Shown in pieces: positions 1 to 9,580 of a DNA stretch of 56,696 bases. The first letter of the stretch is position 1. Each line of letters begins with the position of its first letter. The DNA lies in the NCBI GenBank assembly GCA_964354025.1, contig CAYGXQ010000006.1, positions 1 to 56,696 of the forward strand, given 5' to 3'. The stretch comes from an uncultured Gammaproteobacteria bacterium (lineage in GTDB: Bacteria; Patescibacteriota; Microgenomatia; 2-02-FULL-39-11). A program made the translations under genes and the position numbers. Under the pieces are notes generated by a model, which saw only the letters and a program-made list of their open reading frames with translations, had not been told where the DNA came from and made no database searches.

Positions 1-880
1 CGAGCTCATTTTTGATTTTTGACCAGTCGATGGCGTATTTCCGGTCGTGGCCCGGACGGTCTTTTACCATCCTGATCATTGACTCATCCTTTTTGAGAAT
101 CCTTATGATCTTTTTGACAATCTCTTTGTTATTTATCTCTTCCGTTAATCCCCCAACGCAATATGTCTCGCCGATTTTCCCGTTTTCAAGAATCAAATCA
201 ATGGCCCGACAATGATCTTCCACGTAGAGCCAATCCCGGACGTTTAATCCGTCTCCATAAACTGGTACTTCTTTGTTTTCTAAAATATTAGTAATGGTCA
301 AGGGAATAAGTTTTTCCGGATGCTGAAAAGGTCCAAAATTGTTGGAACAGTTCGAAATGGTGATTGGAAAGCCGTAAGTATAATAATAAGCGCGCACCAG
401 ATGGTCACAAGCCGCTTTGCTGGCCGCATAAGGGCTTCTCGGGTTATATGGAGTATTTTCAGAAAATTTATCCGGTTGGTCAAGATCCAGTGACCCGAAA
501 ACTTCATCGGTTGAAATATAGTGGAATTTCTTGATCTTGTACTTCAGCGCCGCTTCCAAAAGTACCTGGGTACCTAAAACATTGGTTCTGATAAAAAGAG
601 CCGGTTCGACAATTGAACGGTCCACATGACTTTCCGCGGCAAAATGAACAACGTAATCAATCCCTTCCATCACTTCTTTCACCAACTGACCGTCAGAAAT
701 ATCCCCCTTGACGAATTTATAGTGCGGATTACCCTCAATTTCTTTAAGATTATCCAAATTACCGGCATAAGTCAGCTTATCCAAATTGATGATAAAATCA
801 CCGGGATATTTTTTAAGCCAATAGATTATGAAATTGCTGCCGATAAAGCCGGCACCGCCGGTGACTAGAATTTTTCTCAT
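1..880 (-). CDS. rfbB: dTDP-glucose 4,6-dehydratase (3' end outside window)
   Basis: Manual translation from ATG 880 gives MRKILVTGGAGFIGSNF; later HFAAESHVDRS and SNNFGPFQHPEKLIP. ATGA overlap with the rfbC stop. Missing from the ORF track because it runs off the window. Confidence 0.93.
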   Translation of the reverse strand, partial: MRKILVTGGAGFIGSNFIIYWLKKYPGDFIINLDKLTYAGNLDNLKEIEGNPHYKFVKGDISDGQLVKEVMEGIDYVVHFAAESHVDRSIVEPALFIRTNVLGTQVLLEAALKYKIKKFHYISTDEVFGSLDLDQPDKFSENTPYNPRSPYAASKAACDHLVRAYYYTYGFPITISNCSNNFGPFQHPEKLIPLTITNILENKEVPVYGDGLNVRDWLYVEDHCRAIDLILENGKIGETYCVGGLTEEINNKEIVKKIIRILKKDESMIRMVKDRPGHDRKYAIDWSKIKNEL

Positions 881-1332
881 ATCAGCCAATTATATGCGAT
901 TTCCGGATCATCATACCCGATCCGTCCTTCCTCCTCAGGATTGTAAGTTTTGGAAGTAACGTAAAAAAGTTCGCTGGTTGAGCTTTTGACAAAACAACCA
1001 TGGGCAACACCTCCGGGGATTTTCAAAACCACGTTTTCCCCTTCCTCGCCGAGAATAAATTCATTCAGCATCTTGTAAGTGGGAGAATTTTCCCTTTTAT
1101 CATAAAGAGCCACTTTTAATGTCCCCCGGGCCACATACCACCAGTCTATCTGAGTTTTATGGATATGCCAGGCTTTTATCACTCCCCGGCGCATGAACGA
1201 ATGGGAAAGCTGGCCGAAACCCTCCTTGAAAAAATCGTCATCTATGCGGATCATTTCCTCAAAAAAACCTCTCTCATCCTTATGTCTAATTAATTTCTTT
1301 ATCATTACACCATTTATTAATTTGGAATTCAT
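877..1332 (-). CDS. rfbC: dTDP-4-dehydrorhamnose 3,5-epimerase family cupin
   Basis: DERGFF, GVIKAWHIH and IPGGVAHG motifs; lies between rfbA and rfbB. Confidence 0.9.
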   Translation of the reverse strand: MNSKLINGVMIKKLIRHKDERGFFEEMIRIDDDFFKEGFGQLSHSFMRRGVIKAWHIHKTQIDWWYVARGTLKVALYDKRENSPTYKMLNEFILGEEGENVVLKIPGGVAHGCFVKSSTSELFYVTSKTYNPEEEGRIGYDDPEIAYNWLI

Positions 1333-1334
1333 AT

Positions 1335-2063
1335 TTATGCTTTCTCCGCCCAATAACGGTTGGCTTTATAAAGAGTTTCAAAAGTACCGCAGTCACTCCA
1401 AAAACCGGAGAGTTCCGTCCACGAAAGACTCTTTTTCTCAATATACCGGTTATTGACATCGGTAATCTCTATTTCGCCTCTTTTTGAAGGGGTGCAGCTT
1501 CTGATAAAGTCAAAAACATGCCGGTCATAAATATATAGTCCGGTCGCGGCAAATTCACTCTTGGGATCCTGTGGTTTTTCTTCAATTGTCAGGATTTGCT
1601 GCTTATCATTTTTATCAAAAACTGCCACTCCGAATCTTTTTAATTGTTGTTTATCAGCTATTCTTTTCAAAAAAATCAAAGCGCCGTTCTGGAAACCGAT
1701 AATATCTTTTTTAATATCCGCATCTGTCGTGTTGTCGCCCAAAATTACCGTTACATTGCCTCCGTCCGAGAAATCCTCGGCCATAAGCAAAGCGTCAGCT
1801 ATTCCACCGTCAGGCTTTTCCTGATAGGCGTATTCCAAATGTTTTACCCCCAATTCCTTACCGTTTTTCAAAACCCGCAAAAAATGGCCGGCGTGCGGTC
1901 CGCTGACGACGATTAAAATCTCAGTGATGCCTGCTTTTACCAGAGTATTGATCGGGTAAACAATCATCGGCCGGTTATAAACAGGCAAAAGATGCTTATT
2001 GGTTGCGAAGGTCAGAGGATAAAGCCTTGTGCCCAGTCCTCCGGCTAATATTATGCCTTTCAT
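1335..2063 (-). CDS. rfbA: Glucose-1-phosphate thymidylyltransferase (short SpsI-like form)
   Basis: MKGIILAGGLGTRLYPLT, EEKP, RGEIEITD, WSDCGT. Confidence 0.92.
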   Translation of the reverse strand: MKGIILAGGLGTRLYPLTFATNKHLLPVYNRPMIVYPINTLVKAGITEILIVVSGPHAGHFLRVLKNGKELGVKHLEYAYQEKPDGGIADALLMAEDFSDGGNVTVILGDNTTDADIKKDIIGFQNGALIFLKRIADKQQLKRFGVAVFDKNDKQQILTIEEKPQDPKSEFAATGLYIYDRHVFDFIRSCTPSKRGEIEITDVNNRYIEKKSLSWTELSGFWSDCGTFETLYKANRYWAEKA

Positions 2064-2070
2064 AGATATT

Positions 2071-2334
2071 TTAGCGGTATATAACGCCCCGAAGTAAAAC
2101 TATGGCCATCAGGGCAATAAGTAGATATTCTACCACAATCCGGCCGTGTAAATCACCTTCCGCCAAGTGGTGAAATATCCCCCATAAGAAATATAGCAAT
2201 GAAATCGTAATCACTACGGCATATTGTCTGTTGGGCAGACCGGTAAAAAACCAGAAAAGAACCAGTCCTATACCCAATAACACTACCAGGATCAGGTAGT
2301 GCATCAAGTGAATAATTCGTTGTTTTTTCATCAT
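2071..2334 (-). CDS. Small membrane protein, about 3 TM
   Basis: Three hydrophobic segments and WGIFHH; tight operon spacing. Confidence 0.7.
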   Translation of the reverse strand: MMKKQRIIHLMHYLILVVLLGIGLVLFWFFTGLPNRQYAVVITISLLYFLWGIFHHLAEGDLHGRIVVEYLLIALMAIVLLRGVIYR

Positions 2335-2337
2335 GTT

Positions 2338-3201
2338 TTATAAAATCACTCCGGCGCCGGTTATGCTCATAGCCCCGATCAAAGCCGCCAAAAAAATGAA
2401 ATGGGCAAGACTGTGACCGCTCACCCTGTAGGTTTTGTTTTTAACGATAAAAATACTGTCGATAAAAAGGACAATCAATAAAAATTCAGCCAGAAGGAAA
2501 GAAAAAGTTTTGGTCAGCTTGAAGGGAATTAGCGGTTTATCCGTCTTTTCGATGATGCCGGAAAGGGCGGATGGAGACTCCGGGACCGTTTCTCCCAATT
2601 GTGTACCCTCTGTTGTAGCCGTCTCTTTCGTCTTCGTCCCAAATTCCTGAACAACCAGCGTCGTCTCTTCACCGCTAAGTTTTCCGTTCATGACGGCTAA
2701 ACCGATCTCCGTATATTCAGGTTTGAGGATATTCGCCCGATGGGTCGGTGAATTCATCCAAGCCTCAACTACATCATCGGCTGTATCGAAACTCTTGGCC
2801 AGGTTTTCCCCGGCATAGACGTATTCATAACCGGCCTGGGTGATGAAATACCAGGGAGTTATACCTGTGGGTGAAATATGAGCCCAATAGTTTTTGTCAA
2901 ACATGTCCCCCGCTTTCTGGTTGGCAGCGGTGCTAAGTTCCGGCGAAAGAACCAACGGCCGCAAATTGATCTCAAGACGTTTCCCATTCACCAATTCCAA
3001 AATCCTTTCAAGAGTGATGTTGGTAGCGTAGCCTAAAATACGCGGATCTAGCCGTCTGACAAAACCACGACTTCCCTGCATCAGCAAAAGCAGGACGATA
3101 TAAAACGCTATTGCCGAGTAATGAAGGCTTTTGGCTTTGTAATTATTGGATTCGTGGGGAATAAAATAATGCCGTAAGAATTTGCTGATTTTTTTTATCA
3201 T
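2338..3201 (-). CDS. CAP/SCP domain membrane protein
   Basis: DMFDKNYWAH, AGENLA, AWMNSPTHRANIL, EIGLAV; N- and C-terminal TM segments. Confidence 0.88.
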   Translation of the reverse strand: MIKKISKFLRHYFIPHESNNYKAKSLHYSAIAFYIVLLLLMQGSRGFVRRLDPRILGYATNITLERILELVNGKRLEINLRPLVLSPELSTAANQKAGDMFDKNYWAHISPTGITPWYFITQAGYEYVYAGENLAKSFDTADDVVEAWMNSPTHRANILKPEYTEIGLAVMNGKLSGEETTLVVQEFGTKTKETATTEGTQLGETVPESPSALSGIIEKTDKPLIPFKLTKTFSFLLAEFLLIVLFIDSIFIVKNKTYRVSGHSLAHFIFLAALIGAMSITGAGVIL

Positions 3202-3244
3202 CACTATCCATTGTGGCAAAATTAATCCGTTTACGCAAGAGTAT

Positions 3245-3898
3245 CTACTGGTTTATTTTTTTGGCGGTAACGATGAGTCTTTTACTGTCGGAGAATCCGG
3301 TGCAGGTATAAAGAGTCAAAACAGCTTCTTCCGTCGGTGCGATTACTTCTGTCTTAGTGGGAACAACATCTTTAATCTCCTCAATTTTATACGAATACCA
3401 TTTATCTTTGGTCATCACATAAACCAGTTCACCGAGTTTGGCACTTTTCAATGGTAAAAACAAACCTTTTCGCGCATGGGCAAAAATCACCTGATTGCCC
3501 GTTTCGTCGGGATAGCTTGAACCGCTGCCAAAACCGGCGCTGTCGGGGAAAACTTCCCAATAGCCTTTGACCACTTTGGCTTCTTTTACCGGAAGATCGA
3601 TATCCAAGTCGGGGATAATTATCCTAACCGGCGGGTTTTTCGGCTGATATTTATTTGCTTTGGCAGTCAATAACGTTTTATCCACGTCAACGGGTTCCTG
3701 TGAGAAAGAAGAAACTTCTATATTTGAATCCGTTTGGACTTGTTTCGGAAGAGGCCGTGACGAAAAAAATCCCAAAGTGAGAAGCAGTATTCCGCTGATC
3801 AAAAGAAACAGGCGGATACGCTTTTTCTCATCCTTCAGGATTCTTTTCAAAGTGACCTGATCGGGCTTGTTTTTGACCTTACGTAAAGTAGCAGACAT
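3245..3898 (-). CDS. Sortase
   Basis: N-terminal anchor; catalytic triad motifs VIFAH, LTLYTC and KRLIV. Confidence 0.92.
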   Translation of the reverse strand: MSATLRKVKNKPDQVTLKRILKDEKKRIRLFLLISGILLLTLGFFSSRPLPKQVQTDSNIEVSSFSQEPVDVDKTLLTAKANKYQPKNPPVRIIIPDLDIDLPVKEAKVVKGYWEVFPDSAGFGSGSSYPDETGNQVIFAHARKGLFLPLKSAKLGELVYVMTKDKWYSYKIEEIKDVVPTKTEVIAPTEEAVLTLYTCTGFSDSKRLIVTAKKINQ

Positions 3899-4401
3899 AA
3901 TACTCCTGTCAGGAGCATTATATCAGAAACCTTCAAATCATCACCCGAAGTGTCAGATAAACCTAAAACAGACGGCCCTCCTACCCTTAATCCTTCAGAA
4001 GAAGATCCACCTCCATCTGAACTGCTTGGTTTATCTTTCTCAGGTGACCAACCGCAGTATGGTCCGGTATAAGAATCGCCGTCGCATGCATCTTCATCAT
4101 TATTTGAAGATGAACCGCTGTCAGATGACGGTGTTTGGGTTGGCGCGCTGGTTGGAACACCACCAGTTCCTCCACCGGTAGTCGGTGTCGGTTGAACGGT
4201 CGTGGGACTCGGCGTTACCCCTGCGCAATTCGTACAATTTGGCGGATTATCACGAGCTGTTCTCGGATCATCAGCCGGATCTATATCTCTGATGTTTCCA
4301 CCAATATCCTGATTGTCCAATTGAGCGTAAACCCTGACATTGCCTACATTATATGTATAAGCAACCAGCATTAAAAACAAAATAAAAATAATTTTCTTCA
4401 C
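3847..4401 (-). CDS. Secreted P/T/S-rich protein with C-terminal sorting-signal-like tail (probable sortase substrate)
   Basis: GTG 4401 follows SD AAGGAGGTGA (4410-4419); signal peptide; LSDTSG + TM + basic tail; overlaps the sortase gene. Confidence 0.72.
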   Translation of the reverse strand: MKKIIFILFLMLVAYTYNVGNVRVYAQLDNQDIGGNIRDIDPADDPRTARDNPPNCTNCAGVTPSPTTVQPTPTTGGGTGGVPTSAPTQTPSSDSGSSSNNDEDACDGDSYTGPYCGWSPEKDKPSSSDGGGSSSEGLRVGGPSVLGLSDTSGDDLKVSDIMLLTGVLCLLLYVRSKTSPIRSL

Positions 4402-4456
4402 TCTTCTCTTCACCTCCTTTACCCGTTCAAATTTAAATCAAAAATTTGTTCGGGTT

Positions 4457-6793
4457 TTATAATACAATCTCTAATAAACTGTTTAAATATTTCGTCACAT
4501 CGATTCTTCTTCTCCGAAGAAGCATAAAAACGAAAGCAAAAGGAATAATCGACAACCACGATTCACTTACTTTTAAAGTCGCTCCGCCCAAAAGCATGCC
4601 GGCAAAGCTGGTTTCTGTGGCTTTAGCAAAAGCCGGTGAGAAGAAAATTCCGCGTTTGGTCGTGCTTGCTTGGGTGACAAGCGGATAAGGGGACGGATAG
4701 GCATACGAATATCTTTTGCCGCTGACAATTCTTCTTGAAGGCTGATTATACCGGATTGTATTTACCTGTCCTGCAACATCCTGATTATTATCAACTCCTG
4801 TATCTTCCATATATACGGTATCCGAAAACGAAACCTGATATCCATCAACGGTTGTCTGTTGAACAACGCTGTCTGTCCCTCCTGTGGAAGAAGGTAATGT
4901 ATCAACGACTGGAGACGGATTTTGAGTATCCTCCGGTACCTGCGTATTTTCATCCAGAGCAAATATATTGGCACTCGGCTGATAATTTGCCTGCTCGTCA
5001 GGCGGGATGACGTCGCCGAGGAATGTACCCAGAACATTGACTAAAACCGCTATAAATTTTTTGGCTACCACATTGGTATTAACCATATTGACCAGATTAA
5101 CTCCGACTTTGGCATCGCCCGTCTCAATATTGCCGCTGCCGGTATTGTATTTGACATCGTTATTACCGGTATCGGCCGCGGCGTTGATATTATTGGTAAT
5201 GCCTGCGGTATTGGTATTGGATAAAACTGAATCCGAACTGCTGGAGTAAGAAGAGCTATTGGTGGATAACGGCCCGGTTCCGGAATTTTCCGCTAAGACT
5301 CCTCCGGTCGTACTTTGGATCGGCATACCGTTGGAAAAGCTTGTCTGCCCCCATGGTGCTCCGATAATATGACCAACCCATTTGCCGGCTTCATTTACGA
5401 TAATCATCCAAACCGTACCGTCTTCGTTATTGACGTTTGTATTGGCGATTGTGGAATTGGCTACCGATGTATCAGCAGATCCGGTGGTTACCGACCCGCC
5501 GCCGGTATTGGTGGAAGCGTCATTATTTCCGGCATTGGCAGAGACACTGACGTTACTGTCAATATTGGCTGAATTGGCATTTTCAAAACTGGCAATATTG
5601 GAGTTATCTACTGAAGTTGTGTTTGTCGAACCCGGACTAGTGGCCGCATTTTCCGATAAAACTCCACCTCCTGAAGAAGCGGTAACGGTTGTTTGAGTAT
5701 TTTCATCTTTTGGTAAAACGATATTGCCGGCCATCGTCCCGAAAACATTGACTACTCCTATCAGCCACTGGCCGACATTCAGGTTTGTATTGGCTAAATT
5801 GATGATGTTGCCAAGCACCGTAGCATCACCGGTTTTGACCGTCCCGGAGCCGGTATTGTAGGAAGCGCTGTTTTCGCCGGTGATGGCGGCAATATCTATG
5901 TCATTGGTAATCGTCGCGTCGTTCCCGTTGGCTTCTTTAACCGTGAAACCGCTGGCAGCATCGGTATAATTTTCGGAGAGAGGTCCGGTGACGGCGTTTT
6001 TGGAAACCGTCCCTGAAGCGCTGCTAAATGAGTTTGAAGCGCTGTTATCGGCAAATTTAAAGACGATGTCGTTAAATTGCGTCCCGTAAACATTATAAAC
6101 CTGAAAACTGCCTAAACCTGAAATATTGCTGTTTAATTTATTCAAAAGATTGACCGTTGTTTGTGCATCGCCGGTGAAAACCTGGCCATCCAGGGTATTC
6201 ATGTTAGCATAGTTGAAGCCGGTGGAAGAAGCGGCACTGATTTTGTTCTCCAGATCGGCCAAATTCTTGTTAAGGACTTCCTGCCAATTCTCGTTTTTCT
6301 CCGTTGCCACGTTGGTGGAAAGCGGACCGGTGGCGATATTGGCCGGATCGTCAATACTGCCGGACCCGCTCCCATCACTCCCATCAGTTGAAGTCAAAGT
6401 CGTTCCGTCTCCCACAGTCGGTGTCGGTGAAGCATCCGTTGAAGATGTAATTTCTCCGGTCGGAGTGACAGATGACTGGGATTCTGTCTGTGTGGCCGGT
6501 GTATCAGTCGTTGTAGCCGGAGTATTAGTCGGCTGACTTGGTATGTTGGTCGGAGGACTGGAAGCTGGTGGATTCGAAGGCACAGATGGCGCCGATGGAG
6601 CCGTGGGAGCGGACGGCGGATTGGAAGGAAAGGATGGCGCCGATGGAGCCGTGGGAGCGGACGGCGCGGACGGTGGGCTCTCCTGAGCATATATTGCCGG
6701 TAAATACGGAGCACTTCTCCCGAAAAGAAGAGAAGCAATCAAAAAGATTGCCAGTAATTTTTTGATTTTAAAAATAAATTTACTCATTATCAA
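4457..6793 (-). CDS. Large secreted Asn/Thr/Gly-repeat protein (4 repeats) with P/S/T stalk and C-terminal TM anchor
   Basis: Signal peptide; PSAP region; four NxxTGPxSxN...TGxNxAxxNT...TGDA units; WLSIIPFAFVFMLLRRRR tail. Confidence 0.85.
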   Translation of the reverse strand: MIMSKFIFKIKKLLAIFLIASLLFGRSAPYLPAIYAQESPPSAPSAPTAPSAPSFPSNPPSAPTAPSAPSVPSNPPASSPPTNIPSQPTNTPATTTDTPATQTESQSSVTPTGEITSSTDASPTPTVGDGTTLTSTDGSDGSGSGSIDDPANIATGPLSTNVATEKNENWQEVLNKNLADLENKISAASSTGFNYANMNTLDGQVFTGDAQTTVNLLNKLNSNISGLGSFQVYNVYGTQFNDIVFKFADNSASNSFSSASGTVSKNAVTGPLSENYTDAASGFTVKEANGNDATITNDIDIAAITGENSASYNTGSGTVKTGDATVLGNIINLANTNLNVGQWLIGVVNVFGTMAGNIVLPKDENTQTTVTASSGGGVLSENAATSPGSTNTTSVDNSNIASFENANSANIDSNVSVSANAGNNDASTNTGGGSVTTGSADTSVANSTIANTNVNNEDGTVWMIIVNEAGKWVGHIIGAPWGQTSFSNGMPIQSTTGGVLAENSGTGPLSTNSSSYSSSSDSVLSNTNTAGITNNINAAADTGNNDVKYNTGSGNIETGDAKVGVNLVNMVNTNVVAKKFIAVLVNVLGTFLGDVIPPDEQANYQPSANIFALDENTQVPEDTQNPSPVVDTLPSSTGGTDSVVQQTTVDGYQVSFSDTVYMEDTGVDNNQDVAGQVNTIRYNQPSRRIVSGKRYSYAYPSPYPLVTQASTTKRGIFFSPAFAKATETSFAGMLLGGATLKVSESWLSIIPFAFVFMLLRRRRIDVTKYLNSLLEIVL
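6585..6666. repeat. Intragenic direct repeat, 34 bp x2 with 48-bp period, encoding PSAPTAPSAPS
   Basis: gatggcgccgatggagccgtgggagcggacggcg at 6585 and 6633. Confidence 0.9.
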
Positions 6794-6827
6794 TTCTTAA
6801 TTCAAAATTCTTAATTCTAAAAATATA

Positions 6828-6882
6828 TTTCTTCCCGGTGGGGATCTTATTTCCTAGGAAAGATCCCCACCCGGGAAAGAAA
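6828..6882 (-). terminator. Long GC-rich hairpin between repeat-protein genes (terminator or mRNA-stabilising)
   Basis: tttcttcccggtggggatct...agatccccacccgggaaagaaa; only a weak U-tract. Confidence 0.6.
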
Positions 6883-6885
6883 TAA

Positions 6886-8004
6886 TTAATTGATTACGGT
6901 AAAAGAATCGTTTACGTACACACAAATTCTTTTAACCAAATCTGCCATTCCAGCCAGTACCTCACCGCCACCGGTATTTTTGTTTGCCCTGTTTTCTCCT
7001 GTCTCAACATTATCAATGTCAATATTCTTCACATCCGCATCTTTATTGTGATTTTCTACTTCGACGTCCTGTGTATTAGTTAACGTTTCCTGATTTAATG
7101 ACATTGGGCCGGTAACAGCGTTACCGCTGACATTGGCAAATCCTCCCATTGCGGAAGTGACGCTGGTCGTATTGATGTTCCCTTTTGTCTCTAGACCAAG
7201 ATCACCGACTGCATTGCCGGATCTGATTTCTCCGCCAAGAGTATTCTTGGAAGCGGAATTATCACCGGTATCTACATGGGCGAAGACTTTGTTTTTCACA
7301 TCCAGATCGTTGTCATTGTCAACTGTTACGTCTGAATCATTTGTCATCGTCACAAAATTATCAGACATCGGGCCGGTGGTTTGGTTAGTGGCCTGATTGC
7401 CGCCTGTTCCACCTGCTCCACCGACTACTGCAGTGGCGCTGTCATTTACCCGGTTGACTACTCCGACTGCCAAATCAGCATCACCTGAATGGATATAAGC
7501 CGGACCGGTATTTTTGTTTGCCCGATTTTCGCCGGATTCAACAGATGCGTCTACTTTATTAAAAACCCGCGCATCGTTATCGTTCTCAACGAACACGTCA
7601 TTTGAATTTGCGATATCGATCTGATTAAGAGAATCCGGTCCTGTGACCTTATTATTACCAACATTGCCTGATGCTGCCGGTCCTCCGGAAACGGAAGTTG
7701 TATTCACGTTAGCCGTATTGGATATACCAGCATTGACTGATGCGTTGCCGGAAACCACAGATCCTCCAAGAGTATTCATGGAAGCGCTGTTTTCGCCGGT
7801 GTTGGCGGAAACATGAACGATATTTGTAATATCGGCATCATTTTTATTTTCCACTTTGACTTTGTTGGTATTGGTAACAGTACAAAAATTATCGGATAAA
7901 GGTCCGGTTGTCTCGTTTACGCAATTATTGCCTAAGGCAAAAACCGGTAAAACAGACGCGGCTAAAATAGCCATCGAACCTGCTATAGAAATAAATTTTT
8001 TCAT
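6886..8004 (-). CDS. Secreted Asn/Thr/Gly-repeat protein, 4 repeats in ABAB pattern, no anchor
   Basis: ATG 8004 after SD AAGGAGGTGA; signal peptide ending VFA; four ~88-aa repeats starting NxxTGP. Confidence 0.87.
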   Translation of the reverse strand: MKKFISIAGSMAILAASVLPVFALGNNCVNETTGPLSDNFCTVTNTNKVKVENKNDADITNIVHVSANTGENSASMNTLGGSVVSGNASVNAGISNTANVNTTSVSGGPAASGNVGNNKVTGPDSLNQIDIANSNDVFVENDNDARVFNKVDASVESGENRANKNTGPAYIHSGDADLAVGVVNRVNDSATAVVGGAGGTGGNQATNQTTGPMSDNFVTMTNDSDVTVDNDNDLDVKNKVFAHVDTGDNSASKNTLGGEIRSGNAVGDLGLETKGNINTTSVTSAMGGFANVSGNAVTGPMSLNQETLTNTQDVEVENHNKDADVKNIDIDNVETGENRANKNTGGGEVLAGMADLVKRICVYVNDSFTVIN

Positions 8005-8117
8005 TTTTCTTTTCACCTCCTTCCTTTATCTAAGTACAAGACTGCTGCCCTCTGTCGAGGATAAAATAAGTCTTGTCTGCAAAATTATTCATAAAATTCA
8101 TTATTCAAAAATTCAAT

Positions 8118-8175
8118 AAAAAAGAGGTAAGTTTCGCCATTTGGCGAATACTTACCTCCGTGTGCGGTCAGTAAG
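8118..8175 (-). promoter_or_regulatory. Leader terminator overlapped by a conserved antiterminator-like hairpin (copy 1)
   Basis: Minus strand CTTACT-GA-CCG-CACA-CGG-A-GGTAAG; its 3' side is the 5' arm of terminator GAGGTAAGT...ACTTACCTC-TTTTTT. Confidence 0.72.
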
Positions 8176-8182
8176 ACAATAA

Positions 8183-8356
8183 TTAAAGATCGAGTATGCT
8201 GTGACTCGTCTTTTTGATATTCCGTTCCGTTATCTGCGTCACTTTATGATCCTGGACTATCATTTCCACCGAACCCCAACCGCGGACATTTTTCAGAGCG
8301 GTTTTAACTTCTTCAATCAGATCTTTAGTGATTTTTTTGGTTGAGTAGTCAACCAT
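8183..8356 (-). CDS. YezD/DUF2292-like small protein (57 aa; below the ORF-track cutoff)
   Basis: MVDYSTKKITKDLIEEVKTALKNVRGWGSVEMIVQDHKVTQITERNIKKTSHSILDL; GSVExxVQDxxVxQI pattern. Confidence 0.8.
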   Translation of the reverse strand: MVDYSTKKITKDLIEEVKTALKNVRGWGSVEMIVQDHKVTQITERNIKKTSHSILDL

Positions 8357-8417
8357 TGGATTATTGGGACAGATTTTTCAGGCAGTGTAATTTCGGGGGC
8401 AGAAATAAATTTAAAAC

Positions 8418-8447
8418 AATATAATTAAATATGGTAACTCTTGTCAA
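8418..8447 (-). promoter_or_regulatory. Sigma70-like promoter for the DUF2292 ORF and repeat genes
   Basis: TTGACA-18-TATATT. Confidence 0.6.
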
Positions 8448-9064
8448 GAGGGAAAATTGACCGGAATGGTTTCTTTCTTTCCCTCCAACTCTCCAACAAT
8501 CAGTTTATAATCCTTGGCGTCATCCGGGATAACGAAACCGATTCTGTCGGTTTTGGTTGATATGGCGGCCACATTTACCAGATTGTTATGAAGGTCGGGT
8601 GCGTATTTATTATCCTCGTCCCCGTTATAAGACAACCTGACTAAGTCACCGGGCAAAATATTGTAGGCGGAGGTAGCATCATTCTTCAGCTCCAGGTTAA
8701 CGATCAAAAATAATTTGTTGTTTTTGGCGGTATAGACCTGATCTTTCACCAATACCTGACTGGTCTTTTCCGCGCTGGCAATTTTCAGTTTTATCTTATT
8801 GTTAAAGGCTGCTTTACCCTGATTGTTTAAAGCGGCGAAATCAAAGCTTTTGTCGACTTTGGTAACGATCGATTTACTTTTAACGACATTGGACGAAGCT
8901 TTTCGGCTTTGATTATATCCGACAGCTGCGATTATCAATATGACAACCAATATGCCGATCGCCAGTTTTTTTCTGGTCTTCAAAAAATCACTCACCTTAT
9001 TTTTCAAGTTACTGATTTTCGGAAGCAGTATTTCCGGGTCGAGATTGTTTTTGGTTTTAGCCAT
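8444..9064 (-). CDS. Membrane-anchored DUF4352-like Ig-fold protein
   Basis: One N-terminal TM; FLIVNLELKN...IGFVIP pattern. Confidence 0.65.
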   Translation of the reverse strand: MAKTKNNLDPEILLPKISNLKNKVSDFLKTRKKLAIGILVVILIIAAVGYNQSRKASSNVVKSKSIVTKVDKSFDFAALNNQGKAAFNNKIKLKIASAEKTSQVLVKDQVYTAKNNKLFLIVNLELKNDATSAYNILPGDLVRLSYNGDEDNKYAPDLHNNLVNVAAISTKTDRIGFVIPDDAKDYKLIVGELEGKKETIPVNFPS

Positions 9065-9072
9065 AATGAGAT

Positions 9073-9100
9073 AAAAAAACCCAAAGCAGATAGCTTTGGG
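9073..9100 (-). terminator. Intrinsic terminator inside the 5' leader of the DUF4352-like gene
   Basis: CCCAAAGC-tatct-GCTTTGGG-TTTTTTT between the promoter and ATG 9064. Confidence 0.65.
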
Positions 9101-9113
9101 CAGAGTCAAACAG

Positions 9114-9142
9114 ATAGTATAATGTGAAACTTAGCCTGTCAA
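9114..9142 (-). promoter_or_regulatory. Sigma70-like promoter
   Basis: TTGACA-17-TACTAT. Confidence 0.65.
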
Positions 9143-9221
9143 TATGAAGTAAGCATAACAAAGTAGATCAAAAGAGGACGAATTCTATTTAAAACAGAGT
9201 CCAACTGGTGAAGAAATATCC

Positions 9222-9261
9222 CTGCCGGGGGATAGCTGAATATCAGCTATCCCCCAAGCAG
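9222..9261 (-). terminator. 3' hairpin after the single-repeat gene
   Basis: gggggatagctga-ata-tcagctatccccc perfect 13-bp stem. Confidence 0.65.
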
Positions 9262-9268
9262 AAGTTGA

Positions 9269-9580
9269 TTACATCTTAATCACTGTATTATTCTGGTTGA
9301 CGTTATTGTAAATATATGTACAAGACGTAGCATCACCAGATTTTACGTTTCCAGCCTTGGTATTAAAGTTCGCAGAATTACCACCTGAATTGACAACACT
9401 AGTTACTTCATTCATCACAAATGCATTATTTTCAGTTCTTACTCTTACAACATTCAGTTTAACATCAGCATTTACATTGATACTTCCTGGTCCCGTATTT
9501 TTGTTATATGCTGCAAAAGTTGGGACGACGGTTGCTAAAAGCATGCCGACGCCGACTGCTGCTCCTAAAATTTTTTTCAT
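9269..9580 (-). CDS. Small secreted protein with a single Asn/Thr/Gly repeat
   Basis: SD AAGGAGGTGA; signal peptide ending TFA; NKNTGPGSIN...NSGGNSANFNT...SGDA. Confidence 0.85.
   Translation of the reverse strand: MKKILGAAVGVGMLLATVVPTFAAYNKNTGPGSINVNADVKLNVVRVRTENNAFVMNEVTSVVNSGGNSANFNTKAGNVKSGDATSCTYIYNNVNQNNTVIKM

Noticed and set aside
5861-7801. 22-bp identity between repeat genes as a DGR or gene-conversion signal
   Set aside because: Encodes the conserved TGENSAS motif; no reverse transcriptase and no adenine-specific variation.
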